From the UHGV virus genome UHGV-1353888: DNA of 64,000 nucleotides, one strand, 5' to 3'. Origin of the DNA: a virus. A model generated the notes under the pieces. The model was not told the DNA's origin, searched no databases, and saw nothing but the letters and a program-made list of their open reading frames with translations. The translations under genes and the position numbers were made by a program. Below are positions 56,831 to 64,000 of the stretch, piece after piece; positions within the stretch are counted from its first letter, which is position 1, and every line of letters begins with the position of its first letter.

Positions 56831-57644
56831 ACCAATTAAACGCCGCTTTACCTTGTTCAGAAATGGCCCATGGACTAAAAGAACGGTGGACAATACGGGG
56901 GCGGGTAACCACTTCTGCTAGAATACATCCATCTTCTTCCGTGCTTTTATCACAATTGCATGGCATAGGGGTTCCCTTGCATTCTCCTCCCCTGTTTTTA
57001 CGAATATGGCTCTCATAATCCATTGTTAGTAGCAATTCCTTTAACTCTTTCATGGCCTTATAATTATGGAAAGGGTAAGCCATTCGCAAAGAGGTAGAGC
57101 TAAAATTCTCTGACTCTAAATAGATTGTGAGATAAAACTCCTTATTCTCCGTGTTTTCCGTAACGTGTGCAGTATACACGGCTTCCTCACCCTCCAAAAT
57201 GTTCACAACGTCAGCCTCATACTCAATATATTGAGTTTCATGGAGTTCTTCCGTTTTTGCAGGTTGTTTCGGAGCGTCCTTAACGGGCGTAGCGTACACA
57301 TCAACCGTTGCACAGGGGAGGCCAAAACAGGGATATTGATTAAAAGAATCCTCCGTTCCCTCAATTTCGACAATTACCTTCCATTCAGCGCGGAAATCGT
57401 CAAGTTCAGCGCGGTCTTCCTCGCTAAGTTCGCCTTCATCATCTCCATACCCCATTAAATAAGGGAATGCCCATTGAGGAACGCCCTCAACCCTTTCGTA
57501 ACTGTCTGACGTTTCGTCCATTTCGGTCAATACAAGATAGGTACTTCCGCAATGGGGGCATAGTCCGTTTAGAGGCGTAACGCTTCGGTTATCGCATTCC
57601 ATGCAGTCATATTTTTCGTTTTCGTCGATAATAACAGTGCTCAT
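56805..57644 (-). CDS. acidic Cys-rich protein (279 aa)
   Basis: CMECDN...CPHCGS N-terminus and PCNCDKS C-terminus. Conserved leader. Confidence 0.5.
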   Translation of the reverse strand: MSTVIIDENEKYDCMECDNRSVTPLNGLCPHCGSTYLVLTEMDETSDSYERVEGVPQWAFPYLMGYGDDEGELSEEDRAELDDFRAEWKVIVEIEGTEDSFNQYPCFGLPCATVDVYATPVKDAPKQPAKTEELHETQYIEYEADVVNILEGEEAVYTAHVTENTENKEFYLTIYLESENFSSTSLRMAYPFHNYKAMKELKELLLTMDYESHIRKNRGGECKGTPMPCNCDKSTEEDGCILAEVVTRPRIVHRSFSPWAISEQGKAAFNWCMTQDKKD

Positions 57645-57804
57645 TTTTCTATGTTTTCTATTTTAGTTTGTTGGTTGGTTGCGGGGTTGTGTTCCCCTTA
57701 CGCAATCCTTTATATTATATTAGAGGGGAAACGCAAGGGAAATGTTCATGCCTTGTGTCATACTTAACTGTTAAGGAGTTATGAAAATGTTCCACGTGGA
57801 ACAT
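57645..57804 (-). promoter_or_regulatory. repeat element A: promoter (box 57752-57763, -35 TTGCGT, -10 TATAAA 57709-57714), CTTAACTGTTAAG palindrome, 20-nt palindrome AATGTTCCACGTGGAACATT
   Basis: About 85% identical to elements B, C and D. Confidence 0.5.
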
Positions 57805-57805
57805 T

Positions 57806-58375
57806 TCAGGCGATTACAGTCTTTTTGACGGATAAGGTCAAATGATAGCAGGGGGAAAAGGTTTCAGAACTTATGTCATAGGAGCAGGTGGCCCGCAACT
57901 CTTCATGTTCTGCTTCAACCATTTCCGCTAGTTCGTTAGGCGAACAATCCAGAACAGGGGTGTACGCCTCAATCTTGGTGAGGAAAAAATTGGCTTTAAT
58001 TTCTTTTATCTTCCCTCCATTCTTTTTAACAAGGTCTTCAACGGTGGCCAGAGCGGCGGTTAAAATTTCCTTTCGTTTGTCCTGCAAAATAGTAATGATT
58101 GCAAGGTCTTTTCCGTCAATGTTTTGGATGCGGGAACAGACAAGAAAACCTTGTTTATGCAGAGCATTAAGAGCTTTATCTCTCTTGTCCACCGGAACGG
58201 CAATGCGTCGAATGTTGTGCTCTACCTGCTTCTCCGTTGCTGATTGCAGGTCATAAACCTTACAACCTAAACCGTTTAGAGATTGCAAGATAATTTTTGA
58301 TAATAAATCTTTAGGCATCTTTTTTAATAAGCCATGTTGTTTCAGTAGTTTCCCGGTCAAATCCAATGCTTGCAT
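57806..58375 (-). CDS. hypothetical protein (189 aa; alternative ATG at 58318)
   Basis: ATG ORF. Overlaps the ORF at 58311-58544. Confidence 0.5.
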   Translation of the reverse strand: MQALDLTGKLLKQHGLLKKMPKDLLSKIILQSLNGLGCKVYDLQSATEKQVEHNIRRIAVPVDKRDKALNALHKQGFLVCSRIQNIDGKDLAIITILQDKRKEILTAALATVEDLVKKNGGKIKEIKANFFLTKIEAYTPVLDCSPNELAEMVEAEHEELRATCSYDISSETFSPCYHLTLSVKKTVIA

Positions 58376-58544
58376 AGGACGGCCCTACAAAGTCACTGAC
58401 TTCACGGACGATTTTAACGTCTGGACCTGCTTTAGCTAAAACCCTTAATAGCAAGTTCTTTCCGGGTTTAAAAGAGAGTTCTACTTTTTCAACCTCTTCC
58501 CGGTTGTTCAAATGACTTAATGCTTCAAATAATTTCTTGTTCAT
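58311..58544 (-). CDS. hypothetical small protein (77 aa)
   Basis: ATG ORF. Confidence 0.4.
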   Translation of the reverse strand: MNKKLFEALSHLNNREEVEKVELSFKPGKNLLLRVLAKAGPDVKIVREVSDFVGPSYASIGFDRETTETTWLIKKDA

Positions 58545-58549
58545 GTTTT

Positions 58550-58966
58550 TTATACGTTAAAGTTAAAGGATTTTTGAACATTTCTACCCTGTACAGTTAC
58601 AGAGGTGAGGGCATACATTTTATACTGCAACATGTACGTGTTTTGTTCGGATTTTAAGGCCTGAATTTTGGAATCATACTTGTTTGTATTGTCAATCGCA
58701 ATCTCTACCATGATACAATATGCAAACCACAATAGAGTTAAAGCACTTGCATAAACTCCAACAATACAAAAAAGTTCTGTTATGCTAGTCCCATTGTAAA
58801 TTTTTATTGCTAAAATAACCACAAGAATAAAGGCAAGCCATGCGGAAATTCTTTCAAAGTTCAATCCATCCAAGGCCCTATATATTCCCCTCCACCTTTT
58901 AAATGAGCGGGTGAGTTCCGAAATCTCACGGGCGTGAACAAAGCTAGCGTAAAAAGCGTATTTCAT
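58550..58966 (-). CDS. membrane protein (138 aa, 2-3 TM)
   Basis: WLAFILVVILAIKIY and LFCIVGVYASALTLLWFAYCIMV. Confidence 0.5.
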   Translation of the reverse strand: MKYAFYASFVHAREISELTRSFKRWRGIYRALDGLNFERISAWLAFILVVILAIKIYNGTSITELFCIVGVYASALTLLWFAYCIMVEIAIDNTNKYDSKIQALKSEQNTYMLQYKMYALTSVTVQGRNVQKSFNFNV

Positions 58967-58971
58967 AAATG

Positions 58972-59172
58972 TTAGAAGTTAAGGGATGATACAAAACGCT
59001 TCATTTCGGCGATTGAGGCACATTCAAAAGTTAATGCCGGGTTCCAGTTTGAGCGGAAAACATAGCCATCTTCCTTTTTCTGGACATAGGCGAACGTAGA
59101 AATTAGCTCTTCCCGGTCATTCACAAAACTATTCTTCAACCTATCTAATGCTTCCATATCTGTTTTATTCAT
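58972..59172 (-). CDS. hypothetical small protein (66 aa)
   Basis: Conserved leader AATTAGAAAGACATAAGAAAATG. Confidence 0.45.
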   Translation of the reverse strand: MNKTDMEALDRLKNSFVNDREELISTFAYVQKKEDGYVFRSNWNPALTFECASIAEMKRFVSSLNF

Positions 59173-59290
59173 TTTCTTATGTCTTTCTAATTTTTGTTGT
59201 TATTACGGGGTTGTGTCTCCCTTACGCATTTCTTTATACCATTTTTGAGAGAGGATGCAAGGAGAAATGTTGAAACCTTGTGTCATACAG
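59173..59290 (-). promoter_or_regulatory. repeat element C: promoter (box 59277-59288, -35 TTGCAT, 16-nt spacer, extended -10 TGGTATAAA)
   Basis: Conserved blocks CCCTTACGCA and CTTTATA, as in elements A, B and D. Confidence 0.5.
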
Positions 59291-59492
59291 AAGATTGTGG
59301 TTCTTTCGGAACCGTTATCATGCCATACTTTTCAGGGTTGTAAAAGTCCTGCCAAGTGAGATACTCCTTGCTTTTACAATTGGGGCAAGTCTCCTCATTA
59401 AGGGGTACAAGTCCTTTCCATCCGCAACCATTGCACACAACGCAATCACCTAAGCCGAAATAAGTTGTAAATTCCATGGTGATTAAAGACAT
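59283..59492 (-). CDS. small zinc-ribbon protein (69 aa)
   Basis: CVVCNGCGW...CPNCKS. Confidence 0.45.
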   Translation of the reverse strand: MSLITMEFTTYFGLGDCVVCNGCGWKGLVPLNEETCPNCKSKEYLTWQDFYNPEKYGMITVPKEPQSSV

Positions 59493-59749
59493 TCGATTAC
59501 ATGGTCACTTTCCGGAATGCGGAGAATGGGAACAGGGGAATCATCCAAATTTTCAATGTCATACTCTTCCAAAAAATCTTTAATGGGGTATTCTAAAAAC
59601 ATGAGTTTTATGTCCATTAGGGATAACGCTTCTCCCTGCATTTCTTCAATATATTCAAAAATAACTTTGGCCCCCATAGGGGAAAAATCACAACCCGCTT
59701 GAACTAAATAATTATGAAATGGTTGATAGCTATTTATTTTTAAATTCAT
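59483..59749 (-). CDS. hypothetical small protein (88 aa)
   Basis: ATG ORF. Confidence 0.45.
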   Translation of the reverse strand: MNLKINSYQPFHNYLVQAGCDFSPMGAKVIFEYIEEMQGEALSLMDIKLMFLEYPIKDFLEEYDIENLDDSPVPILRIPESDHVIECL

Positions 59750-59767
59750 TATTTTAGGTCTTTCTAA

Positions 59768-60097
59768 TTATTTTTTATTTTTCAGTCTCATTTTATATCC
59801 TTTCAAAACAAGCTTTTCAAGTGGTCCAGATATGATATAATAATTTCTATTTTCATCATTAATTCCGGAGTGAAAAATATAGTTCCCGGATTGGCCATTC
59901 TTCACTAGTTCTTCCTCAAAAGCTCTAAGAATTAGAAGAGTATACCTGTTTTTATCTTCGGCAATCTTCCTAGCGTTAAAACCTGTAACGGCGTTCCAAT
60001 CTTCCCACTCTACAATATGCCCTTTAAGGTATACAGGCTTTAAATTTAACTTGCTTGCACGGATAATGCCAGATGGCGTTTTTATAGTTGTTTTCAT
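59768..60097 (-). CDS. hypothetical protein (109 aa)
   Basis: Conserved leader and ATG. Confidence 0.5.
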   Translation of the reverse strand: MKTTIKTPSGIIRASKLNLKPVYLKGHIVEWEDWNAVTGFNARKIAEDKNRYTLLILRAFEEELVKNGQSGNYIFHSGINDENRNYYIISGPLEKLVLKGYKMRLKNKK

Positions 60098-60207
60098 TTT
60101 TCTATTTTATGTTGGAGAAATGCCCCTTACGCAATCCTTTATATAATATTAGAGGGATTATGCAAGGAAAATGTTCATGGCTTGTGTCATACTTAACTGT
60201 TAAGGAG
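60098..60207 (-). promoter_or_regulatory. repeat element B: promoter (box 60181-60192, -35 TTGCAT 60160-60165, -10 TATAAA 60138-60143), CTTAACTGTTAAG palindrome
   Basis: Near-identical to element A across about 100 bp. Confidence 0.5.
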
Positions 60208-60546
60208 TTATGAAGAAATATATGATTCCAGCATGCGGGGGTGCGTGGTAAATTTCAGCTCTCTCCCTTCATAAATGATAAAGCCTTTTATGGTGCTGTC
60301 CTGATTCATCCTTCTTTTTAACTCCACAACTAGCTCAAAAAGAACGGTATGCCCACATAAACACCACGCTAGCAGGGGGTGAGTTACAAAATCGCCCGCC
60401 TCATTTTGAGTAACCGGGCAGATACGTATAATATCTCTGTCATCATTTTCATCATATAAGTCCCAGAACATAAATGTGTTATCATACACAACACATTCCT
60501 GAAAAATGTCTCTCAATTCCTGCAAATATTCACTCACTTCTTTCAT
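60208..60546 (-). CDS. hypothetical protein (112 aa)
   Basis: ATG ORF. Confidence 0.5.
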   Translation of the reverse strand: MKEVSEYLQELRDIFQECVVYDNTFMFWDLYDENDDRDIIRICPVTQNEAGDFVTHPLLAWCLCGHTVLFELVVELKRRMNQDSTIKGFIIYEGRELKFTTHPRMLESYISS

Positions 60547-60560
60547 TTTCGTATTCCTTT

Positions 60561-60872
60561 CTAAGCCATAAACTTACATAATTCCCGCTCATTTACTCTC
60601 ACAACACTATAACCATAACGGGAGGCCATTAGTTCCACGCCATTTTGATGATTCCGTGTCGTCAAAGAGTATTTTTCATCGCTAAGGTATACTATTTTAG
60701 TACAGTCATCCTTGTAAGCGATTGGCGTTAGATAGCTATACAGGACGGATTCTGAAAAACTAAGGCGAATAACGGTGCCGTAAGTGTAACTGGATTCACA
60801 TTTAGGAGATTTTCCTTCCTGCTTTTCTCCGTCAAAATACTTTTTCAAAAGGTCTTCAATGTATTTTCTCAT
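60561..60872 (-). CDS. hypothetical protein (103 aa)
   Basis: ATG ORF. Confidence 0.5.
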   Translation of the reverse strand: MRKYIEDLLKKYFDGEKQEGKSPKCESSYTYGTVIRLSFSESVLYSYLTPIAYKDDCTKIVYLSDEKYSLTTRNHQNGVELMASRYGYSVVRVNERELCKFMA

Positions 60873-60924
60873 TTTTCTTTAAGATTGCGGACGGGAGAAC
60901 CATTATCTCCCGCCCTAATTGTTA

Positions 60925-61318
60925 TTAACCAAGATAAGCTTCTTTTCCAGCGGCCCCCATTTCGGAATAATTAATGTCACGCCAAAGACCATGATTAGGT
61001 TGCACGTAGGTTTCATCTATGACATTGCAAGTTCTGAACAATTTGGAGTCTTCGTAACCAATGTCCATGTTTTCTTTGTTAAACCTAAGCACGATTCCTT
61101 CCCAATTTGTAAAATCTTCCAAATCCTCAATGCAATCCTTAATATCGAAGGGTTGAACATCAAAACAAATACCCCGGATAAGCGCGGAATTTTCATCCTC
61201 CGTGTAAATCGCAATATGCAACCTCCCCCCCGCTATTATCTTCGTAAACCCTGTAGGTATATGCTCCTTTGCACAATTCATCAAGGATAATCACTTCATC
61301 ATTCATTTCTTTGTTCAT
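60925..61318 (-). CDS. gene interrupted at a G7 homopolymer (C7 on the plus strand at 61226-61232): the 61318 frame (42 codons) and the 61284 frame (119 codons) would fuse with a 1-nt slip
   Basis: The conserved leader GGCACAACAACTAATAAAAATATACAATATCATG and promoter E sit in front of 61318. Removing one G gives ...YEDNSGG-RLHIAIYTEDENS... Confidence 0.4.
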
Positions 61319-61372
61319 GATATTGTATATTTTTATTAGTTGTTGTGCCCCCTTCTTGGGAGAACAAGGTCA

Positions 61373-61426
61373 ATTTAGCATAGGGCACATGTTATGCAAG
61401 AAAAAACTTCATCATTTTTGTCATAC
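61373..61426 (-). promoter_or_regulatory. promoter E: variant box GTATGACAAAAA (61415-61426), -35 TTGCAT (61394-61399), 15-nt spacer, -10 TAAATT
   Basis: Same architecture with a degenerate box. Confidence 0.35.
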
Positions 61427-61431
61427 TAGCT

Positions 61432-61704
61432 TTAGTGTTGCACGTCCCTTACTTCGTAATAACGGGGTAAAACAATGACTTGTGAGGTTTCTTTCTTAAA
61501 GTCCATGTAACAGGGGTTCAATCTGTCTAAATTATCTCCTAAATCAATATTCTCAATGAGTTGACAGAGATTATCCCAATTTATAATACCGTGAGTAAAT
61601 CCTAAAAACGTTCTCTTTCCCTCCTTAGAGTCATAAACGGCAAGCAAAAAACTTCCTTCCGTTCTGTTTTCAAAAATTTGATACTCCTTTTCTGCTTTTT
61701 TCAT
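61432..61704 (-). CDS. hypothetical protein (90 aa)
   Basis: Leader AAATTAGAAATACATAAGAAAATG. Confidence 0.5.
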   Translation of the reverse strand: MKKAEKEYQIFENRTEGSFLLAVYDSKEGKRTFLGFTHGIINWDNLCQLIENIDLGDNLDRLNPCYMDFKKETSQVIVLPRYYEVRDVQH

Positions 61705-61741
61705 TTTCTTATGTATTTCTAATTTAATCTGTTATAAATAT

Positions 61742-61987
61742 TCAGGGCCTAATCTCTTCGTGAGTTTTATACACGGCCCGCCATGAAGATGAAGAAGCGT
61801 CATAAATCACAAACCCAGAATAGCCGGACTTGTTAAGGGTATTTCTTCTTTTCAATTCTTCCCATGCGTCCATTTTAAGGCGAGATAAAGTGTGTCGTCC
61901 ATCATCATAATAAGAGTCTGTACTTCCGCAAATAGGCATGATTCTTCCAGATAAATCTGGCTTGCAAAATGTAATTACTGGCTTCAT
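61742..61987 (-). CDS. hypothetical protein (81 aa)
   Basis: ATG ORF. Confidence 0.45.
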   Translation of the reverse strand: MKPVITFCKPDLSGRIMPICGSTDSYYDDGRHTLSRLKMDAWEELKRRNTLNKSGYSGFVIYDASSSSWRAVYKTHEEIRP

Positions 61988-62009
61988 TTTATTATTATTA
62001 TTTAAGGGT

Positions 62010-62315
62010 TTATACTAAGTCGATAGCGCGTAAAAACAAACGCTTGTCATGGTCAAAATAGGTCCACCCGTACTTTCCGGGGTTATATCCGATTACTTTC
62101 CGGTTCCCGTGTATCTGGTGAGGCATCCATTCGACACTGATATTTTCCTCCCCTACCCCGTGGATGACGGCATGAGTTCCTTCCTCCATCAATTCCCGGA
62201 GGGTTCCGAAACGGACAAAACTGCGGGCAACTTGGTAGTGTGTATGACCTTCCTTTTTGCAATACTCTTCTGCAAACTTATGCAGGCCCTTGCTTGGTTT
62301 TTGTATGATTATCAT
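62010..62315 (-). CDS. hypothetical protein (101 aa)
   Basis: The track start 62345 is TTG. The ATG at 62315 follows the leader GGAAAGACATAAAACATG. Confidence 0.5.
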   Translation of the reverse strand: MIIIQKPSKGLHKFAEEYCKKEGHTHYQVARSFVRFGTLRELMEEGTHAVIHGVGEENISVEWMPHQIHGNRKVIGYNPGKYGWTYFDHDKRLFLRAIDLV

Positions 62316-62334
62316 TGTTTTATGTCTTTCCAGT

Positions 62335-62556
62335 TTATTTTCCAAGGGATATTTTAGTAAGGGCCTCCCTCATTTTCTCCATGCTAGCGGCGTATATAAA
62401 ATGACGCACAAGGGGAGTTGCATCCGTGCGGGTTGCAAGATAACCTAACCCTGTTTTATCAATCCAATAAGGCACTGATTCCAGAGTTATCCTTGCCCCT
62501 TCTGCCCCTAATTTTTCCAGCTCCAATAGTGCTTTTAAATCGTTGGATGTTAACAT
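62335..62556 (-). CDS. hypothetical small protein (73 aa)
   Basis: The track start 62622 lies inside promoter element D. The ATG at 62556 follows the leader AATAGAAAGATACAAGAAAATG. Confidence 0.45.
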   Translation of the reverse strand: MLTSNDLKALLELEKLGAEGARITLESVPYWIDKTGLGYLATRTDATPLVRHFIYAASMEKMREALTKISLGK

Positions 62557-62700
62557 TTTCTTGTATCTTTCTATTTTAGTTCGTTGCTTGGTTGGTTGTA
62601 GGGTTGTGTTCCCCTTACGCATTCTTTATAGCATCTTTGAGCAGGGGAGCAAGCTTTTTCTTTTAGGCTTGTGTCATACAAAATTGTCCCACGTGGAACT
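62557..62700 (-). promoter_or_regulatory. repeat element D: promoter (box 62668-62679, -35 TTGCTC, 16-nt spacer, extended -10 TGCTATAAA 62625-62633) plus CCACGTGG hairpin
   Basis: Conserved blocks shared with elements A, B and C. Confidence 0.5.
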
Positions 62701-62702
62701 TT

Positions 62703-63386
62703 TTATCTCTCCGCATGTTCTTTTACCTTGTCACGTTTAACCAACGGCAAGACGGGAGGAAACACCCCGCTTGCGTAGTCCTCCCGGCTAACTCCCTGCC
62801 AAGCATAACCTTTGTATGTAGGCTGACGGCGTTTTACTACGTTGTTAATTCCAGCCGCTAACCCCTTTACCGCCCGCGCCGCTTCCCAGTAACTAGGATA
62901 TATGGTGATAGGCTCCAGGGTTTCCCGGTTTATCTGCATGACGGGCCGCGCGGATTTGTGCAATCCCTTTTCAATGTTCCCCTTCAATGTCTTTTTCCGT
63001 TTTTTCACGCAGTTACCGTAACGTATGTTTTCCCGGTGAGTACACCATTGCAGATTCTCCGCACGGTTGTTCATGGGGTTTTCATCTAAATGGTTTACAT
63101 CTAACTCGCTTATTTTGTACCCTTTAAGATGCGCGCCTAACGGCACAAACGCACCTGCAACAAGGCGATGAACATAATATTTATAGTGCCATCCTCCCTT
63201 TTCATCCAGCAAGGGAACATATTTATAACCGTTCCGGCTAGTCTGGATGCGTAAAAGCCTGTTGACAAGCTTGCTCCACACCGCGCCCATGTTACTCACA
63301 AGGTACAATTCCCTGCAACCTTTCAGTGGTACAGGTTCCCACAGTTCCCCCGGTCTGGTACATTCAGCCAGTGTCTTCTTCTTCAT
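62703..63386 (-). CDS. HNH homing endonuclease (NUMOD4-like N-terminus)
   Basis: WEPVPLKGCRELYLVSNMGAVWS, then VNHLDENPMNNRAENLQWCTHRENI. The track start is GTG; the ATG at 63386 is preferred. Confidence 0.75.
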   Translation of the reverse strand: MKKKTLAECTRPGELWEPVPLKGCRELYLVSNMGAVWSKLVNRLLRIQTSRNGYKYVPLLDEKGGWHYKYYVHRLVAGAFVPLGAHLKGYKISELDVNHLDENPMNNRAENLQWCTHRENIRYGNCVKKRKKTLKGNIEKGLHKSARPVMQINRETLEPITIYPSYWEAARAVKGLAAGINNVVKRRQPTYKGYAWQGVSREDYASGVFPPVLPLVKRDKVKEHAER

Positions 63387-63391
63387 CTTCT

Positions 63392-63580
63392 TCACTTGTC
63401 AATCCCTTTCCTGCTTTTAATCCCTTTCAATTTCTCTCCTAATTCTTTAAGCCGCGCTTCCTCTTCCGTAAGCTTTCGATTTCCCTGCTTAATCCCTCGG
63501 TTTATGCGCCTAAAATCCTCGGAGAGTTTATCCAGTTTCCGCCTCAACTCTATAAACTGTTCGGTACTGTTAATTGCCAT
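63392..63580 (-). CDS. small coiled-coil protein (62 aa)
   Basis: ATG ORF. Charged heptad-like sequence. Confidence 0.4.
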   Translation of the reverse strand: MAINSTEQFIELRRKLDKLSEDFRRINRGIKQGNRKLTEEEARLKELGEKLKGIKSRKGIDK

Positions 63581-63959
63581 GTCTCCTTTATATAGTAGGC
63601 ACGCCGTTTTTCAAGCTTTTTGTGCGCCATTTCCCCGCTTTTCAAGCTTTTTACAGTGTACCGCAATTGTTGCGTTAGCCCTAAAAACTGCACCATTACT
63701 GTTACTTCTGGCTTTCTTTGGACTTTCTCCCGAAAATCGTCGCACAGAAAGGGGCCTAAAAGGGCCTTTTGAGCAGGGAGCCTTACTATTATACCCGGCG
63801 ATTTTGCCCGCCCGTATACGCAAACCTCATGCGTTTTATTTTCGCCAATTCCGCACTTTTCGCCCTAAACGTACTAAGTGCACCTAAAATGGTACATAAA
63901 TCCTCCATTCGTAACGGAAAGAGTACTATTCACTTTTTATACAACTGTATACATTCTAG

Positions 63960-63983
63960 AAAGAATACAACGTTGTATTCTTT
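63960..63983. repeat. 24-nt perfect palindrome AAAGAATACAACGTTGTATTCTTT
   Basis: Read directly. Lies in a 420-bp non-coding stretch with direct repeats of TTTTCAAGCTTTTT (63620-63660). Confidence 0.6.
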
Positions 63984-64000
63984 TCGTACCGTTATAGGTA

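Noticed and set aside
1-64000. CRISPR arrays, integrase, excisionase, CI-type repressor, attachment-site repeats
   Set aside because: No regularly spaced direct repeats, no tyrosine or serine recombinase motifs, and no HTH repressor next to a divergent promoter were seen. The sequence reads as a virulent phage segment.

Overview
This 64-kb window reads as a contiguous piece of a virulent tailed dsDNA phage genome (Caudoviricetes). I found no integrase, no repressor, no tRNA and no CRISPR array. The plus strand (0.6-46.3 kb) carries a replication and recombination module, followed by a long morphogenesis operon. The replication module has a family-A DNA polymerase with a proofreading exonuclease, an HNH homing endonuclease, an SNF2-type helicase, a Cas4-like PD-(D/E)XK exonuclease with an Fe-S cysteine cluster, and a RuvC-like resolvase. 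The morphogenesis operon runs through the large terminase, a probable portal, a scaffold candidate and a probable major capsid protein. It continues through Thr/Ala-rich repeat-domain fibre-like proteins, then ThyX and an SprT-like peptidase inserted behind a terminator/promoter composite. After those come a peptidoglycan-binding protein with a holin-like gene, a 949-aa structural protein, and a 3,256-aa giant protein. A strong bidirectional terminator (46294-46337) separates this from a minus-strand block of about 17 kb (46.4-63.6 kb) made of small, mostly unannotatable genes. The most striking unexplained features are these. (1) An array of at least ten copies of a novel ~110-aa acidic domain spans 50.0-55.0 kb. 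Six of these are single-domain genes chained by ATGA stop/start overlaps; the rest are a frameshifted remnant, a double-domain gene and two genes with N-terminal Cys/His extensions. (2) A promoter architecture recurs at least nine times. It consists of a fixed 12-mer, GTATGACACAAG, 6-16 nt upstream of a -35-like TTGC(A/T)T, a 15-16-nt spacer and a -10-like TATAA(A/C). Four copies sit inside ~100-bp near-identical intergenic elements that also carry palindromes and a conserved leader ending TAGAAAGACATAAGAAA-ATG. (3) The giant protein has motifs resembling the T7-RNAP/Pol-A palm signature in the correct order and spacing, so it may be an N4-like virion RNA polymerase. (4) A perfect 280-bp tandem duplication sits at 26683-27249. 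(5) One gene is interrupted at a G7 homopolymer. Antisense ORFs listed in the track opposite the capsid, portal and giant genes are codon-bias artefacts.
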